Shown here one piece after another: positions 1-10,067 of a stretch of DNA of 64,000 bases. A program made the position numbers and the translations under genes. The stretch comes from a virus. Its lineage: Duplodnaviria > Caudoviricetes. The notes beneath the pieces are model-generated. The model was not told where the DNA came from. It was given only the letters and a program-made list of their open reading frames with translations, and made no database searches. Numbering within the stretch: the stretch's first letter is position 1; each line of letters starts with the position of its first letter. The DNA is taken from positions 136,734 to 200,733 of the IMG/VR virus record IMGVR_UViG_3300020463_000001, one strand, 5' to 3'.

Positions 1-1
1 C

Positions 2-1900
2 GCTCCCACTGCTTCCGCACTACAAGTTGTTGCAACAGTCGGTGATTTGCCCGCTGGTGCTTCGGCCGGAGATCAAGCAGTTGTTCAATCAAATAATAAG
101 TTATACATCAAAACTGCAGACGGTTGGTATGCAGTAGCATTAATTAACACTGCTCCAAGTATATCTGGGAACAGTGCTACATACGAGCTCGCCACTGACA
201 TGACTCCAACAGTTATCACATTAACTGCAACAGATCCAGAAAATGATCCAGTAACATTTTCATATGCAGTCACTTCTGGAGATCTCAATGGAACTACAGT
301 ACAACAGGCAGATAATGTATTCACTGTAAGTCCACACGGATTAAATGATGCTACTTTCGAATTAACATTCTCCGCAAATGATACGGTGAATGTTGCAACA
401 TCAGTTTCTAGTTTTAGTTTGACTCATGGAATTGATTGGAGTAATCCAACTCAAATAGCTGTTCGAGGTTGGTGGGGAGTTAACATATACGAATCGCATG
501 GTCTTAATGTATCCAGTAATCAAAATCAGTGGCCAGGCGGTTCAGAACAGACAGCAGTAGCGTCATATTTTAAAAATGGAAAAAGTTGGGTTGTTGCTGG
601 AGATTCTAAGGTAACAGATGGAAGTACTGATGGTTTAATTTATGGTCTCGCCCTACACCCCGCAGCAGGACTACAAGAAGAATATGGAGGTGATTGGGAA
701 AATGCTCATTGGAGTTATCAGAATCCAAATCCATATTCTGCTTCATATGGCCAACCCGACTATTATGGTCAAAAGGTAGATGTATCACCAAATGCAACTT
801 GGGTAATTACCGGAGCAGAAAATGAAAATCCTCCGCAAGATTTTGGTAGACAAGCTGCTGGAATGGCATATCTATACAATTTAGATACAGATTCTTACGT
901 TACAATAAATGACCCCAATATATCTCATATGGGGAATTGGGGAGAAGCAGTTGCGGTCAACGATACTCATTGTGCGGTTGGTAAAACAGATTATGATTCT
1001 AAATCTGGAAAAGTTGGTATTTTTGAAAATGCAACTGGAAATCTTGTAACTTGGGTATATCATACAGGAACTCATTATCAAGACACAAGATGGCCGACTG
1101 ATTCTTGGCACACAACAGAAGCCAACGGTTACTTTGGATCACATATAGTAATGAATAATGAATATATGTGTGTTTCTGCTTCAAACGAACAGCCCGCCAA
1201 CGGCCATAACCAAATTGGTGCTGTGTATGTTTATGATATGACAAATCCTGCTAGTCCTGCATTTTTGTACAAATTAGAAAATCCGGATTATAGTGGTGCA
1301 AATGTTCCTACTTCAGTAATTGGTAATTCTCCATATCAAATGAATCACAGAGTACATTTTGGAGGTGATTCGACAAATCCGATGAGAGCATCTAGTATCC
1401 AAATTTCTGGAACTAAACTTGCTGTCGGTGCGCCAGGAAACTATACTGCAGATTCTCTTTCTGGGACTGGAGGAAGTCAAAACCAAGGATGGGGTGGAAG
1501 TTCATTTAATGTATCAGAAGAAGAGTATCAAAGAGGCGGAAAGATATTCGTATTTGATTTAACAACAGGAAATCTTATAACAGATATAGAACATCCAAAC
1601 AATCAATCATATGGAAACAGAAACTCTACCTCATTTGGAGCTGGATTCTTAGGAAAGAATTTTGCATTTAATGGAGATGTGGTTGTTGCTGGTAGAGGAA
1701 ATACAAAAGACATCGATATTTATAGTGCGACAGATGGAAGTATAATCAGTACTTTGGTCGATGCAATGCCCTTCACTTCGCAGATGGGTTATAGACCTCC
1801 TGCAGTTGCCATACAGGATGAATATATTGTAGTCTTTTACAAAGATGGAACAGACTACTATTCTGGGGGTCGGCCGACCATCAAGGTCTATAAAGCTTAA
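2..1900 (+). CDS. Virion structural/fibre-like protein with C-terminal beta-propeller; 5'-truncated by window edge
   Basis: Frame is open from base 2 (APTASALQVVATVGDLPAGA...). Shares the ATVxDLPA..LYI..W..ITLxATDPxxDxxTxSYxVTxGxLxGTTVxQxDNVFT block with 4819..7020, then FG-GAP-like repeats (G.VYVYD). Confidence 0.7.
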   Translation, partial: APTASALQVVATVGDLPAGASAGDQAVVQSNNKLYIKTADGWYAVALINTAPSISGNSATYELATDMTPTVITLTATDPENDPVTFSYAVTSGDLNGTTVQQADNVFTVSPHGLNDATFELTFSANDTVNVATSVSSFSLTHGIDWSNPTQIAVRGWWGVNIYESHGLNVSSNQNQWPGGSEQTAVASYFKNGKSWVVAGDSKVTDGSTDGLIYGLALHPAAGLQEEYGGDWENAHWSYQNPNPYSASYGQPDYYGQKVDVSPNATWVITGAENENPPQDFGRQAAGMAYLYNLDTDSYVTINDPNISHMGNWGEAVAVNDTHCAVGKTDYDSKSGKVGIFENATGNLVTWVYHTGTHYQDTRWPTDSWHTTEANGYFGSHIVMNNEYMCVSASNEQPANGHNQIGAVYVYDMTNPASPAFLYKLENPDYSGANVPTSVIGNSPYQMNHRVHFGGDSTNPMRASSIQISGTKLAVGAPGNYTADSLSGTGGSQNQGWGGSSFNVSEEEYQRGGKIFVFDLTTGNLITDIEHPNNQSYGNRNSTSFGAGFLGKNFAFNGDVVVAGRGNTKDIDIYSATDGSIISTLVDAMPFTSQMGYRPPAVAIQDEYIVVFYKDGTDYYSGGRPTIKVYKA

Positions 1901-1918
1901 TTTAAATAGGAAAAACAA

Positions 1919-4801
1919 ATGTCAGATACAAATTTAGATCCTTCAATAACCGCCCTCACTAATAGGGCATCTACAGTTGCTGTCACTGCGACTGCAAGAG
2001 AGTTAATGAATCTTTCAAGGCTTGCTCCTAGTTTGGAACAGTCAGAGAACACAGATTTAGAAGTTGCAATCAACGCAAGGGCAGAAGATCTGGCTCCATC
2101 CGCGACTGCAACAGAACTCAAGAGTATTGGTAAGGCAATCGGTAATGTTCTAGAACCAGAAACATTTGTCGCTGGTGGGACACTTCCAAATCAAGCACAA
2201 AACTCTGGTAACTTCCTTGCAACAAATGGAACTGCAGAATCTTGGGGTGGACTTTCAGTCTCTACTCTTAGTGAAGTCAATATATCTTCTATCATGAATG
2301 ACGAGACTTTAGTTTACAATCATGTCAATGGTCTCTTTGAAAATAACTCACAGGTTTTCAGAATCCAAGAAATCGGTTTAACAGAAAATATCCCTGCTTC
2401 TGGAGCATTTGAAGGACAGGTTGTTTTTGATCAACAAACATCAGAACTCAAATACTGGGACGGATCCGAATGGAAAGTTGCAGCGGTTGTTGCAGCTGCC
2501 GGTGGTGGTGGAACTTCTACGGTAGATTGGACAGGATCACAAACCACTCTTGCCACATTACCTCGCGGATCTGGTACAACTAGATTCGGAAGAATGGTTG
2601 TAATGAATAGTACTTATGTCGCGGTATCGGATTATGAATTCGATCAGGGCGGATATACAGACAACGGAAAGGTCACAGTATATCTAGTCGCAGATGGTTC
2701 TGAAGTATGGACTGTTTATGGGACGGAATCACATAATTATCATGGATACACTAATAACGGCGAGAAGGGGATGTTCATGTCCGAAAATCTTCTTGTTATC
2801 AATGATGGAGCTACTCGGTCATATGGAGACACTGGAGCAAGAGTTAGACTTTATGATGTGACCAATGGAAATTTATTAGGAACATTTGATGTTAGTGGTG
2901 ATACGAATATAAGCGTAAATGCTAGCAATCACTATGGGCGTTCTGTTGCCATCAATGACGATGAAACTAAACTTGCAATTGGGTCTCCCGAAGCTTCGCC
3001 ATCGACAGGAGGGAAGTGGGGGAGATTTTCTGTATATGATATATCCGATTTAAATAACTTGTCAAACACACCCATTCATTCTGTTGGTGGAGAAGATTTA
3101 CCAGCTAGTGATACTTACTCATTATTTGGATTTGATTTAGATTTTTCTGGAGTCAATACTTTGGTTGTAAGTGCTCCAGATTGGAAAGATGGTGGAGTTA
3201 AAACAGGTAGAACTTTTATATTTGATCTGACTGCAGCAGGAAATGGATTACAACAAAGTCTTCCCGGCAAAGCAGTTAGAGTTATTGCTTCCGGAGGAGA
3301 ATATTCTGGTGGAAATTTAGTTGTTGTTGCTTCAGACTGGCAAGCAGATCCTACAGAAAACGGATTAGTTAAAATTTGGGATTCAAATAGTTTCGGAACT
3401 GCAACACCAACTGCGACTATAAATTATCCCGATGGGGGAGCAAACGCGAGATTTGGTCATTCAACTGCCTTTGATGGGAACTACATATTGGTTGCTGGTC
3501 TTTATGCAAATACTGATACAACAGGCGGTGGTCAGATTTATGTTTATAACTTAGATGGAACTTCTGTTAGTCAGATATCAAGCCCAAATCCTACTACATG
3601 GGGTTCATTCGGATTCTGTGTTGCAGTAGATGCTTCTGGAAGCGGAAAGTGGGCAGTGGGTGCTACTGGGGAAGCAAAGGTTTATGTATTCCAACAGGCG
3701 ATGTCTGGAGGCGGTTCTGGTTCATCTTACACTGTAGTAGACTGGACTGCAGCAGACTCAACACTAACCACAATATGGGGGTCTAGAATCGGTCACACTC
3801 TAACTTCTACTCAATTATCAGATGGTAGAAATGTAGTAATCGCGGCCGTCAATAGCGGTCATTTCTACGCATATGATTTGGCAGATAACTCTCTGATATG
3901 GACTGTATCAACGTCGGGTCATGTCCCAGATGATAATGGAGCAATGGCTTCTTCCGGAGATTATTTTGCTGCTGTCGAAGGAGGGAGCGTTAGAGTTCGT
4001 TCAGCGCTTGACGGAAGTGCTGTTGACGGCGGGTCAGTTGAAAATGGAGTTGAAAGTATCCCAGGCTGGGGAATCTTCCAAGTCGAGAGTATTAGTATGC
4101 ATGGAAATTATATCTTCTTACCCAGAACAGCGTATAACGAGTATGCCATGGTCAAATGGGATACAAGGGAGATAGTCTGGCAATATAACTCAAATAATCA
4201 TCCTTGGAACATAGTTAATTCAAATCCAAATGCTGGTATCGCGGCTTATAACCACGACATGGGAGAAAATTATCTTGCAGTTCAAGATATGTATAGTCAT
4301 TCCGGAGCATATCAAGCTGGATGTGTATATGTGGTAGATGTTCTTACTGGCCAAGAAATTTCTAGACTTGACGATCCAAATCCTAGAGTTAATGGTAGAT
4401 TTGGTGGTATTGGTGGGAGAGAAAATGGAATTGCAGTTTCTGGAGACAAGGCTATTATTGGTGATCCCGAAGACGGTCATGGTAAAGTCCACATTTTCGA
4501 TATGCCCACAGGAACATTAGAATTCACAATAGATGAAAACACTGCTGGTGGGTCAGGCATAACCACTTATGCGCGACAGAGCATTGCTGGATACAATTTT
4601 GGTCAGGAAATCGAAGCATACGGAGACTACGCATTAATTTCTCACAATTGGGACTCTTTCATAGTTCAGATATCTACGGGCGAAATTAAACATGAAACTG
4701 ACCTTCTTAATATTGACAGAGTAACTATAGTAGAGAACTATGCGATTGGCGGAGATTTGAATACACAAAATCTAAGAATCATAAAAGGAATAATTTCTTA
4801 A
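1919..4801 (+). CDS. Tail fibre/receptor-binding-like protein, conserved N-terminus plus two propeller modules
   Basis: 960 aa. First ~195 aa are paralogous to 57183..59438. Repeated FG.sV / G.V.vyD propeller motifs. Confidence 0.65.
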   Translation: MSDTNLDPSITALTNRASTVAVTATARELMNLSRLAPSLEQSENTDLEVAINARAEDLAPSATATELKSIGKAIGNVLEPETFVAGGTLPNQAQNSGNFLATNGTAESWGGLSVSTLSEVNISSIMNDETLVYNHVNGLFENNSQVFRIQEIGLTENIPASGAFEGQVVFDQQTSELKYWDGSEWKVAAVVAAAGGGGTSTVDWTGSQTTLATLPRGSGTTRFGRMVVMNSTYVAVSDYEFDQGGYTDNGKVTVYLVADGSEVWTVYGTESHNYHGYTNNGEKGMFMSENLLVINDGATRSYGDTGARVRLYDVTNGNLLGTFDVSGDTNISVNASNHYGRSVAINDDETKLAIGSPEASPSTGGKWGRFSVYDISDLNNLSNTPIHSVGGEDLPASDTYSLFGFDLDFSGVNTLVVSAPDWKDGGVKTGRTFIFDLTAAGNGLQQSLPGKAVRVIASGGEYSGGNLVVVASDWQADPTENGLVKIWDSNSFGTATPTATINYPDGGANARFGHSTAFDGNYILVAGLYANTDTTGGGQIYVYNLDGTSVSQISSPNPTTWGSFGFCVAVDASGSGKWAVGATGEAKVYVFQQAMSGGGSGSSYTVVDWTAADSTLTTIWGSRIGHTLTSTQLSDGRNVVIAAVNSGHFYAYDLADNSLIWTVSTSGHVPDDNGAMASSGDYFAAVEGGSVRVRSALDGSAVDGGSVENGVESIPGWGIFQVESISMHGNYIFLPRTAYNEYAMVKWDTREIVWQYNSNNHPWNIVNSNPNAGIAAYNHDMGENYLAVQDMYSHSGAYQAGCVYVVDVLTGQEISRLDDPNPRVNGRFGGIGGRENGIAVSGDKAIIGDPEDGHGKVHIFDMPTGTLEFTIDENTAGGSGITTYARQSIAGYNFGQEIEAYGDYALISHNWDSFIVQISTGEIKHETDLLNIDRVTIVENYAIGGDLNTQNLRIIKGIIS

Positions 4802-4818
4802 TTTAAAGGAAAATTAAA

Positions 4819-7020
4819 ATGGCAAATACATTTACTTCGAGAGATACTCTCAAAACAAAACTCTTGGCCGCAGTAGGTTCTGCGACTACTGCAGATCAGA
4901 TTGTAAAGTTGTCTCGTTCAATTGAGAGAGCAAATCTGGACGATGATGCAGATCTAGAGACTGCACTAGATACAAAAGTATCTGCAATGGCGACTAGTGC
5001 GTCCACTGCAGATATTGAGAAACTTGCATTTGGTGTCAAGAAACTCAGAACTCCGCCGGGCGCTGCAACTCCGACATCTAGTATGATTGCGGAAGGTTCT
5101 AGTAATCTCTATGTAACTGACTCTAGAGTTAGAAGTTCATTCAGTGCATCTGGAGACTTATCATATAATGCAGGAACTGGTGTTCTATCTTACACTGCAC
5201 TACCAGACGCATTAACAGTTTACGCAACAGTCGCAGATTTGCCTGCAAGTGGAGTTGCAGCTGGTGCAAAGGGTATCGTAGAAGAGAATAAGAAACTCTA
5301 CATCTTCACAGGTGCATCATGGGTTGGTGTAGGATTGGTTGATCAGAAACCAAACTTCACAACAACTCCAGATGGTTCTTATGCATTATCACCTGGCGCT
5401 GATACGGTGATCACTCTTGCTGCAACAGATCCACAAGGAGACGCAATCACATATAGTTATCAAGTAACTGCAGGGGCCTTGGGTGGAACTACAGTATCAC
5501 AGACAGATAATGTCTTCACAATTTCCGCAAGTTCTAATAGTGCGGATGCTGGTTCTTTCTCATTGTCATTTACTGCATCAGACGGAACTAACTTAACAAC
5601 CACAACTCCTTCAGAGTTTACTCTCGTGTTTGGTTTTAATTGGGACAGTATTGACATTTATACTCCATATTCCAAAGACGAAAACAACAGTTTTGGTAGA
5701 TGGATGGACACATCTGGTCAATTTTTCACAACCTCCAAGCCAGGTTATTTCGATATAGGAATGATAGACATACAAGATAGTTCGTCCGGCACCAATCCTT
5801 TAGGACAACAAATAGATTATATTATTCCGACTTGGATATCTAGTAGTGTCGGTCAGGGGCCCGCGTCAAATAACGGTCATGGTTTGAGTTGGTTGACCGG
5901 AACATACACTCCACAAAACGCAGGAACAAGACTATGCCTAGATGGAAATCTGGTTGCATTCCAATCTCACAGTAATAATGGTGATGTACAGGTTTGGAAA
6001 GTAAATACAGACGGAACTCAAACATATGGCCAGCCAGTTGCTAAATTTATGTTCACTCCAAGAGATTCATATCTTGATCAACGAATACAAGATTATTGTT
6101 ATTTTAATGGGTTCTCTGCGTTTGGTCAATCAATTGCAATGGGCGGCGGTTACTTGGCAGTCGGTGATTACAGAGCGAAAATGAACCGGCTCGATTCTCC
6201 ATATGACGGAGATGGAAATGCACTAGAAAATTCTGGAAAGGTTTTTGTATATGACCTTAGTCAATCGGACGAGGCAGCTGCATTTGCTAATGGATATGTT
6301 TTAGAAAGACCATTCACTCCATACAACGGAACCCCAGGCCAACCAGTTGGCGGATCAGGAACTCCAAGAGTTACCATAAGGTTTGGTAGTTCGATAGCGA
6401 TAGCCGGAGACGCTGGACTTCTCGCTGTTGCCGCGGCAGGATATTCATATTCAAGCAATGAAAGGGTGAGTGGGGCAGTTTTCATCTACAACCTTGCGGA
6501 TGGGTCTTTTGTACGAGAAATTGATGTATCTTCGCAGAGTGCAGATGGATTAGGAGACCAAGGCGATGCAACCAGTGCGCCCGGAGCTTATCACGACCAA
6601 CTGCGAATTACTCCAGACGGTTCTAGGTTGGTTATAGGAGATCAAAATACTAGACGATCAGGGTATACTCAAAGAGGAGCAGTCTCCGTATATGATGTAA
6701 GTACTGGAGCTCACATAATTACTTGGAGATCTTCCGATCAGAGTGTCGGAGAAGTTAATACCAAATGGGGTAGTACGGTTGATATAACTCCCGATGGAAA
6801 TTATGTATTATTTGGTGCTCAAGATTCATTCAGTGGAGATGTGGGAAGATGTTTTATGGTCAAGGTGGATGGAACTACATTTGACAATAATCTGCTGTGG
6901 TGGGATATTGATGGTAGGACTACTTCATTCAGTGGATTTGGAACCAGTGTCAGATTTGGAGATGATCAAATCTATATTGGTGTTGAAGTACAGGATGCTG
7001 TTGTTACATATAAAGCATAA
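4819..7020 (+). CDS. Virion structural/fibre-like protein with FG-GAP-like propeller
   Basis: 733 aa. Ala/Thr helical N-terminal repeats, AEGSSNLY fibre motif, Ig/cadherin-like block, propeller repeats (FGQSIAM, SGKVFVYDL, SGAVFIYNL). Confidence 0.65.
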   Translation: MANTFTSRDTLKTKLLAAVGSATTADQIVKLSRSIERANLDDDADLETALDTKVSAMATSASTADIEKLAFGVKKLRTPPGAATPTSSMIAEGSSNLYVTDSRVRSSFSASGDLSYNAGTGVLSYTALPDALTVYATVADLPASGVAAGAKGIVEENKKLYIFTGASWVGVGLVDQKPNFTTTPDGSYALSPGADTVITLAATDPQGDAITYSYQVTAGALGGTTVSQTDNVFTISASSNSADAGSFSLSFTASDGTNLTTTTPSEFTLVFGFNWDSIDIYTPYSKDENNSFGRWMDTSGQFFTTSKPGYFDIGMIDIQDSSSGTNPLGQQIDYIIPTWISSSVGQGPASNNGHGLSWLTGTYTPQNAGTRLCLDGNLVAFQSHSNNGDVQVWKVNTDGTQTYGQPVAKFMFTPRDSYLDQRIQDYCYFNGFSAFGQSIAMGGGYLAVGDYRAKMNRLDSPYDGDGNALENSGKVFVYDLSQSDEAAAFANGYVLERPFTPYNGTPGQPVGGSGTPRVTIRFGSSIAIAGDAGLLAVAAAGYSYSSNERVSGAVFIYNLADGSFVREIDVSSQSADGLGDQGDATSAPGAYHDQLRITPDGSRLVIGDQNTRRSGYTQRGAVSVYDVSTGAHIITWRSSDQSVGEVNTKWGSTVDITPDGNYVLFGAQDSFSGDVGRCFMVKVDGTTFDNNLLWWDIDGRTTSFSGFGTSVRFGDDQIYIGVEVQDAVVTYKA

Positions 7021-7041
7021 TAATATACCTTATGACTTTAG

Positions 7042-7069
7042 AGGGACTCTTCGGAGTCCCTTTTTTTTT
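7042..7069 (+). terminator. Rho-independent terminator with C(UUCG)G tetraloop
   Basis: AGGGACTC-TTCG-GAGTCCCT followed by a T run; typical T4-type terminator. Confidence 0.92.
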
Positions 7070-7071
7070 GA

Positions 7072-7079
7072 TATAAATA
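7072..7079 (+). promoter_or_regulatory. T4-type late promoter TATAAATA
   Basis: Exact motif about 22 nt upstream of the gp3 start; gp55 is encoded in the window. Confidence 0.85.
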
Positions 7080-7101
7080 ATAGTGTTACGGAGTATCTAT
7101 T

Positions 7102-7623
7102 GTGGCGTTAAATGTCGATTTTGAAAATCCAAATTATCTGAGTAATCAGTCTTTCCAATTAAGTATTCTTAAGTGTCCTTCACTGAGTCCGTTTGTACAG
7201 GGTGTCAGTTTGCCTGGCCTCACATTCGGAGAAGCACTTCTTGGAACACCATTTGCGGATAGAAAGGAACCGGGCGATAAAATAATATTCTCAGTTCTTT
7301 CTGTAAGTTTTCTAGTCGATGAAGAAATGAAAACTTGGATGGAAATTTATGAATGGATCCGTGGTCTTGGATTCCCAGAAAGCTTTGATCAGTATCGAAG
7401 TTTTGCACAGGGAAGAAAACTTATCGGAACAGATGTTTATTCCGATGGATCTTTGATGATATATAACAATCAGGGTGCTCCAATATATGAAGCAGTATTC
7501 AGAGATTTATTTCCAATTGCGTTAGGTGATATACCTCTATCATCCTTAGAAACTGGAGACGAACCTACTGCGGCAACTGCAGATTTCCAATATACAACAT
7601 ATGAAATTAGAAAAATAGAATAA
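7102..7623 (+). CDS. 3: Tail completion/sheath stabiliser gp3
   Basis: NYLSxxxFQL..CP...FVQGVSLPGLT..P..GDK..F..L.VSFLVDE.M..W.EI..W; conserved position before uvsY. Confidence 0.8.
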   Translation: MALNVDFENPNYLSNQSFQLSILKCPSLSPFVQGVSLPGLTFGEALLGTPFADRKEPGDKIIFSVLSVSFLVDEEMKTWMEIYEWIRGLGFPESFDQYRSFAQGRKLIGTDVYSDGSLMIYNNQGAPIYEAVFRDLFPIALGDIPLSSLETGDEPTAATADFQYTTYEIRKIE

Positions 7624-7626
7624 AAT

Positions 7627-8061
7627 ATGAAACTAAGTGAACTCAAGGAAGAGGCTTCTCAAGACCTCCAAATTGACAGAACTGATATTGAAACCTCTAT
7701 TCTCAATCTTTCCATGTTATGTTCTAAGTGGCATAACTATCGTATTGAACAGGCTTCTATTGTCAGTTTGAATCAATTCAAATATAAAAAACTCGAAGCA
7801 AAGAAAAAGAAATACTATCTAGGCAAACTTACAGAAGATGAGATGGATCGTCTTGGGTGGGAATCTGATGGATATAAAGTTCTTAAAGGTGATGTACAAA
7901 TGTGGTTAGATGACGATGATGATCTTATCACAGAGGCACAGAAACTCACCTACCAAAAAGAAATATTACACTTCATAGAGAAACAGATGGATCTTCTTGA
8001 TAGCAATAAATGGTTGATCAAGGATCTCATTAACGTGCGGAAATTTCTAGAGGGCGGTTAA
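7627..8061 (+). CDS. uvsY: Recombination mediator UvsY
   Basis: 144 aa helical protein (SKWHNY...KKKYYLGK...KGDVQMWLDDD) in the gp3-uvsY-uvsW order. Confidence 0.85.
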   Translation: MKLSELKEEASQDLQIDRTDIETSILNLSMLCSKWHNYRIEQASIVSLNQFKYKKLEAKKKKYYLGKLTEDEMDRLGWESDGYKVLKGDVQMWLDDDDDLITEAQKLTYQKEILHFIEKQMDLLDSNKWLIKDLINVRKFLEGG

Positions 8062-9548
8062 TGCAATCGGTTACTGCACAAAAACATAGCGAAGTGCATT
8101 ACATTCTGGATTCGGATGAACTATTCATTCTGAAAGAATTGGTGGATTACTTTACCTACGAAGTGCCTGGCGCAAAGTTTATGCCTGCATACAGGAACAA
8201 AGTGTGGGACGGAAAGATTCGTTTGTTCAATCCTACCAATAGAAAGATATATGCTGGTCTTATCAATCAGGTTCAAAATTTCTGTGAAAGGAATGAATAT
8301 GAATTTTTCTGCGAAAAACCAGAAAAAAAATTATTCGGAGAAGATAATCTTAAGGAACTTGCAGAGTATGTTAAACCTCAATCTAAAGGTCAACCTCTTA
8401 CCTATAGAGATTATCAACTAGACGCGATACAAACTGCAATCAATAAAGATAGGTGTCTCTTACTATCACCTACGGCTTCTGGTAAGTCTCTTATCATATA
8501 CACTCTGATACGATTTTATCTTTTACATCCGGATCTGTCTGGTAAGAAGATATTAATAATTGTTCCGACTACTTCTTTGGTGTCTCAGATGTATGCAGAT
8601 TTCCAAGATTATGGATTTGATGTTAAGAATAAGTGTCATGTTATCTATCAGGGACAATCCAAGACTACGGATAAGAGAGTGGTAATCTCTACATGGCAAT
8701 CTATCTATAAAGAACGGAAAGATTACTTTGATCAATTTGGTGTAGTTATCGGTGATGAATGTCATTTATTTAAGGCTAATTCTCTTACAAAAATTATGGA
8801 GAAAATGACTCAATGTAAGTATAGATTTGGAACTACTGGAACATTGGATGGAACTAAGACTCATAAGTTAGTTCTCACTGGTTTATTTGGAGATGTCAAA
8901 AAGGTCACAACTACAAGAAAATTAATTGACAATGAAACTCTTTCTAGTTTTAAGATTCAGTGTCTGGTTCTCAAATACTCAGAAGAACAATGTAAAGAAA
9001 TAAAAAAGATGCCATATCAGGATGAGATTGATTGGATAGTGAGAAATGAAAAAAGAAACAACTTCATAGTTAATTTGACAAATAGTCTTAAAGGTAATAC
9101 ACTAGTTCTTTTTAATTTTGTAGAAAAACATGGTAAGCCCTTATTTTCTCAGATACAAGAAAGGGTTGAAGAGGGGAGGCCAGTTTTTTATGTAAGTGGT
9201 GAGACTAAAGTAGACAATAGAGAGGATATCAGAACTACCACAGAAGAATCTGAAAATGCAATCATTGTTGCTTCTTATGGTACATTCTCGACTGGTATTA
9301 ATATAAAGAATCTTCATAATATTGTGTTTGCTTCTCCCTCCAAAAGTAAGATAAGAAATCTTCAATCAATCGGAAGGGGATTGAGAAAGGGCGATAGAAA
9401 AGAGAATGCAGTACTCTACGATATTGTAGATAATCTCAAGTATAAGTCCTACACGAACTTTGCTTTGAGGCATTTTTTTGAACGTATAAATATTTACAAC
9501 GAAGAGAAATTTGATTTTAAAATTAACGAAATAAGAATGTATAAATGA
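8061..9548 (+). CDS. uvsW: SF2 DNA helicase UvsW
   Basis: SPTASGKS, GDECH, TGT and QSIGRGLR motifs; N-terminal YRNKVWDGKIRLF. Confidence 0.95.
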   Translation: MQSVTAQKHSEVHYILDSDELFILKELVDYFTYEVPGAKFMPAYRNKVWDGKIRLFNPTNRKIYAGLINQVQNFCERNEYEFFCEKPEKKLFGEDNLKELAEYVKPQSKGQPLTYRDYQLDAIQTAINKDRCLLLSPTASGKSLIIYTLIRFYLLHPDLSGKKILIIVPTTSLVSQMYADFQDYGFDVKNKCHVIYQGQSKTTDKRVVISTWQSIYKERKDYFDQFGVVIGDECHLFKANSLTKIMEKMTQCKYRFGTTGTLDGTKTHKLVLTGLFGDVKKVTTTRKLIDNETLSSFKIQCLVLKYSEEQCKEIKKMPYQDEIDWIVRNEKRNNFIVNLTNSLKGNTLVLFNFVEKHGKPLFSQIQERVEEGRPVFYVSGETKVDNREDIRTTTEESENAIIVASYGTFSTGINIKNLHNIVFASPSKSKIRNLQSIGRGLRKGDRKENAVLYDIVDNLKYKSYTNFALRHFFERINIYNEEKFDFKINEIRMYK

Positions 9549-9934
9549 ATCATAAAGTAGTCAGGTTACAAAACGGAGAAGATTTGCTCACAGAATTGGT
9601 AAGTGAGAGTAGAGATTATTATAGGATTAGAAATCCTTGGTTACTCTCTAGAATTCCAACTGGTGTAAAACCTTCTGAGGCTTACCTTGCTTTTTCTGAG
9701 TGGAACCCCTACACAAATGAAAAAGATTTTTCTATTGCTAAAAGGGATGTTCTCATCATCTCATCTTGTAAGCAGGAAATTATAGATTTTTATGATCAAC
9801 TGATTGAGTCAAAAAGCGGAGAGACTAACTTCCGAGCATTTGACGAAGTTATGGCAGAAAGAAGAGAGAAAGTAGAAAATGCCAAAGACTATATGCAAGT
9901 TCTAAAAGACTTCGATTCACCAGATAAACATTAG
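9545..9934 (+). CDS. Conserved hypothetical, Sm-like fold candidate
   Basis: KVVRLQNGEDLL N-terminus, similar to 23822..24196. A TATAAATA at 9485-9492 could drive it. Confidence 0.6.
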   Translation: MNHKVVRLQNGEDLLTELVSESRDYYRIRNPWLLSRIPTGVKPSEAYLAFSEWNPYTNEKDFSIAKRDVLIISSCKQEIIDFYDQLIESKSGETNFRAFDEVMAERREKVENAKDYMQVLKDFDSPDKH

Positions 9935-9960
9935 AATAATCCTTAAATCACAACAGAATT

Positions 9961-9989
9961 ATTATACACACAGAAGCACATTCTGTCAA
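9961..9989 (-). promoter_or_regulatory. Leftward consensus sigma70 promoter (TTGACA-17-TATAAT)
   Basis: Plus strand reads ATTATA (9961-9966), a 17-nt spacer, then TGTCAA (9984-9989). Confidence 0.75.
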
Positions 9990-10013
9990 GTATTAATTTA
10001 AAAAAATTAGTGT

Positions 10014-10042
10014 TTGACAAATCCAACCTCATTTGTTACAAT
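10014..10042 (+). promoter_or_regulatory. Sigma70 promoter for gp55 (TTGACA-17-TACAAT, extended -10 TG)
   Basis: TTGACA 10014-10019, TG 10034-10035, TACAAT 10037-10042, AT-rich upstream tract. Confidence 0.8.
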
Positions 10043-10067
10043 GTATGCAACTTTTAAAGAGGATATA

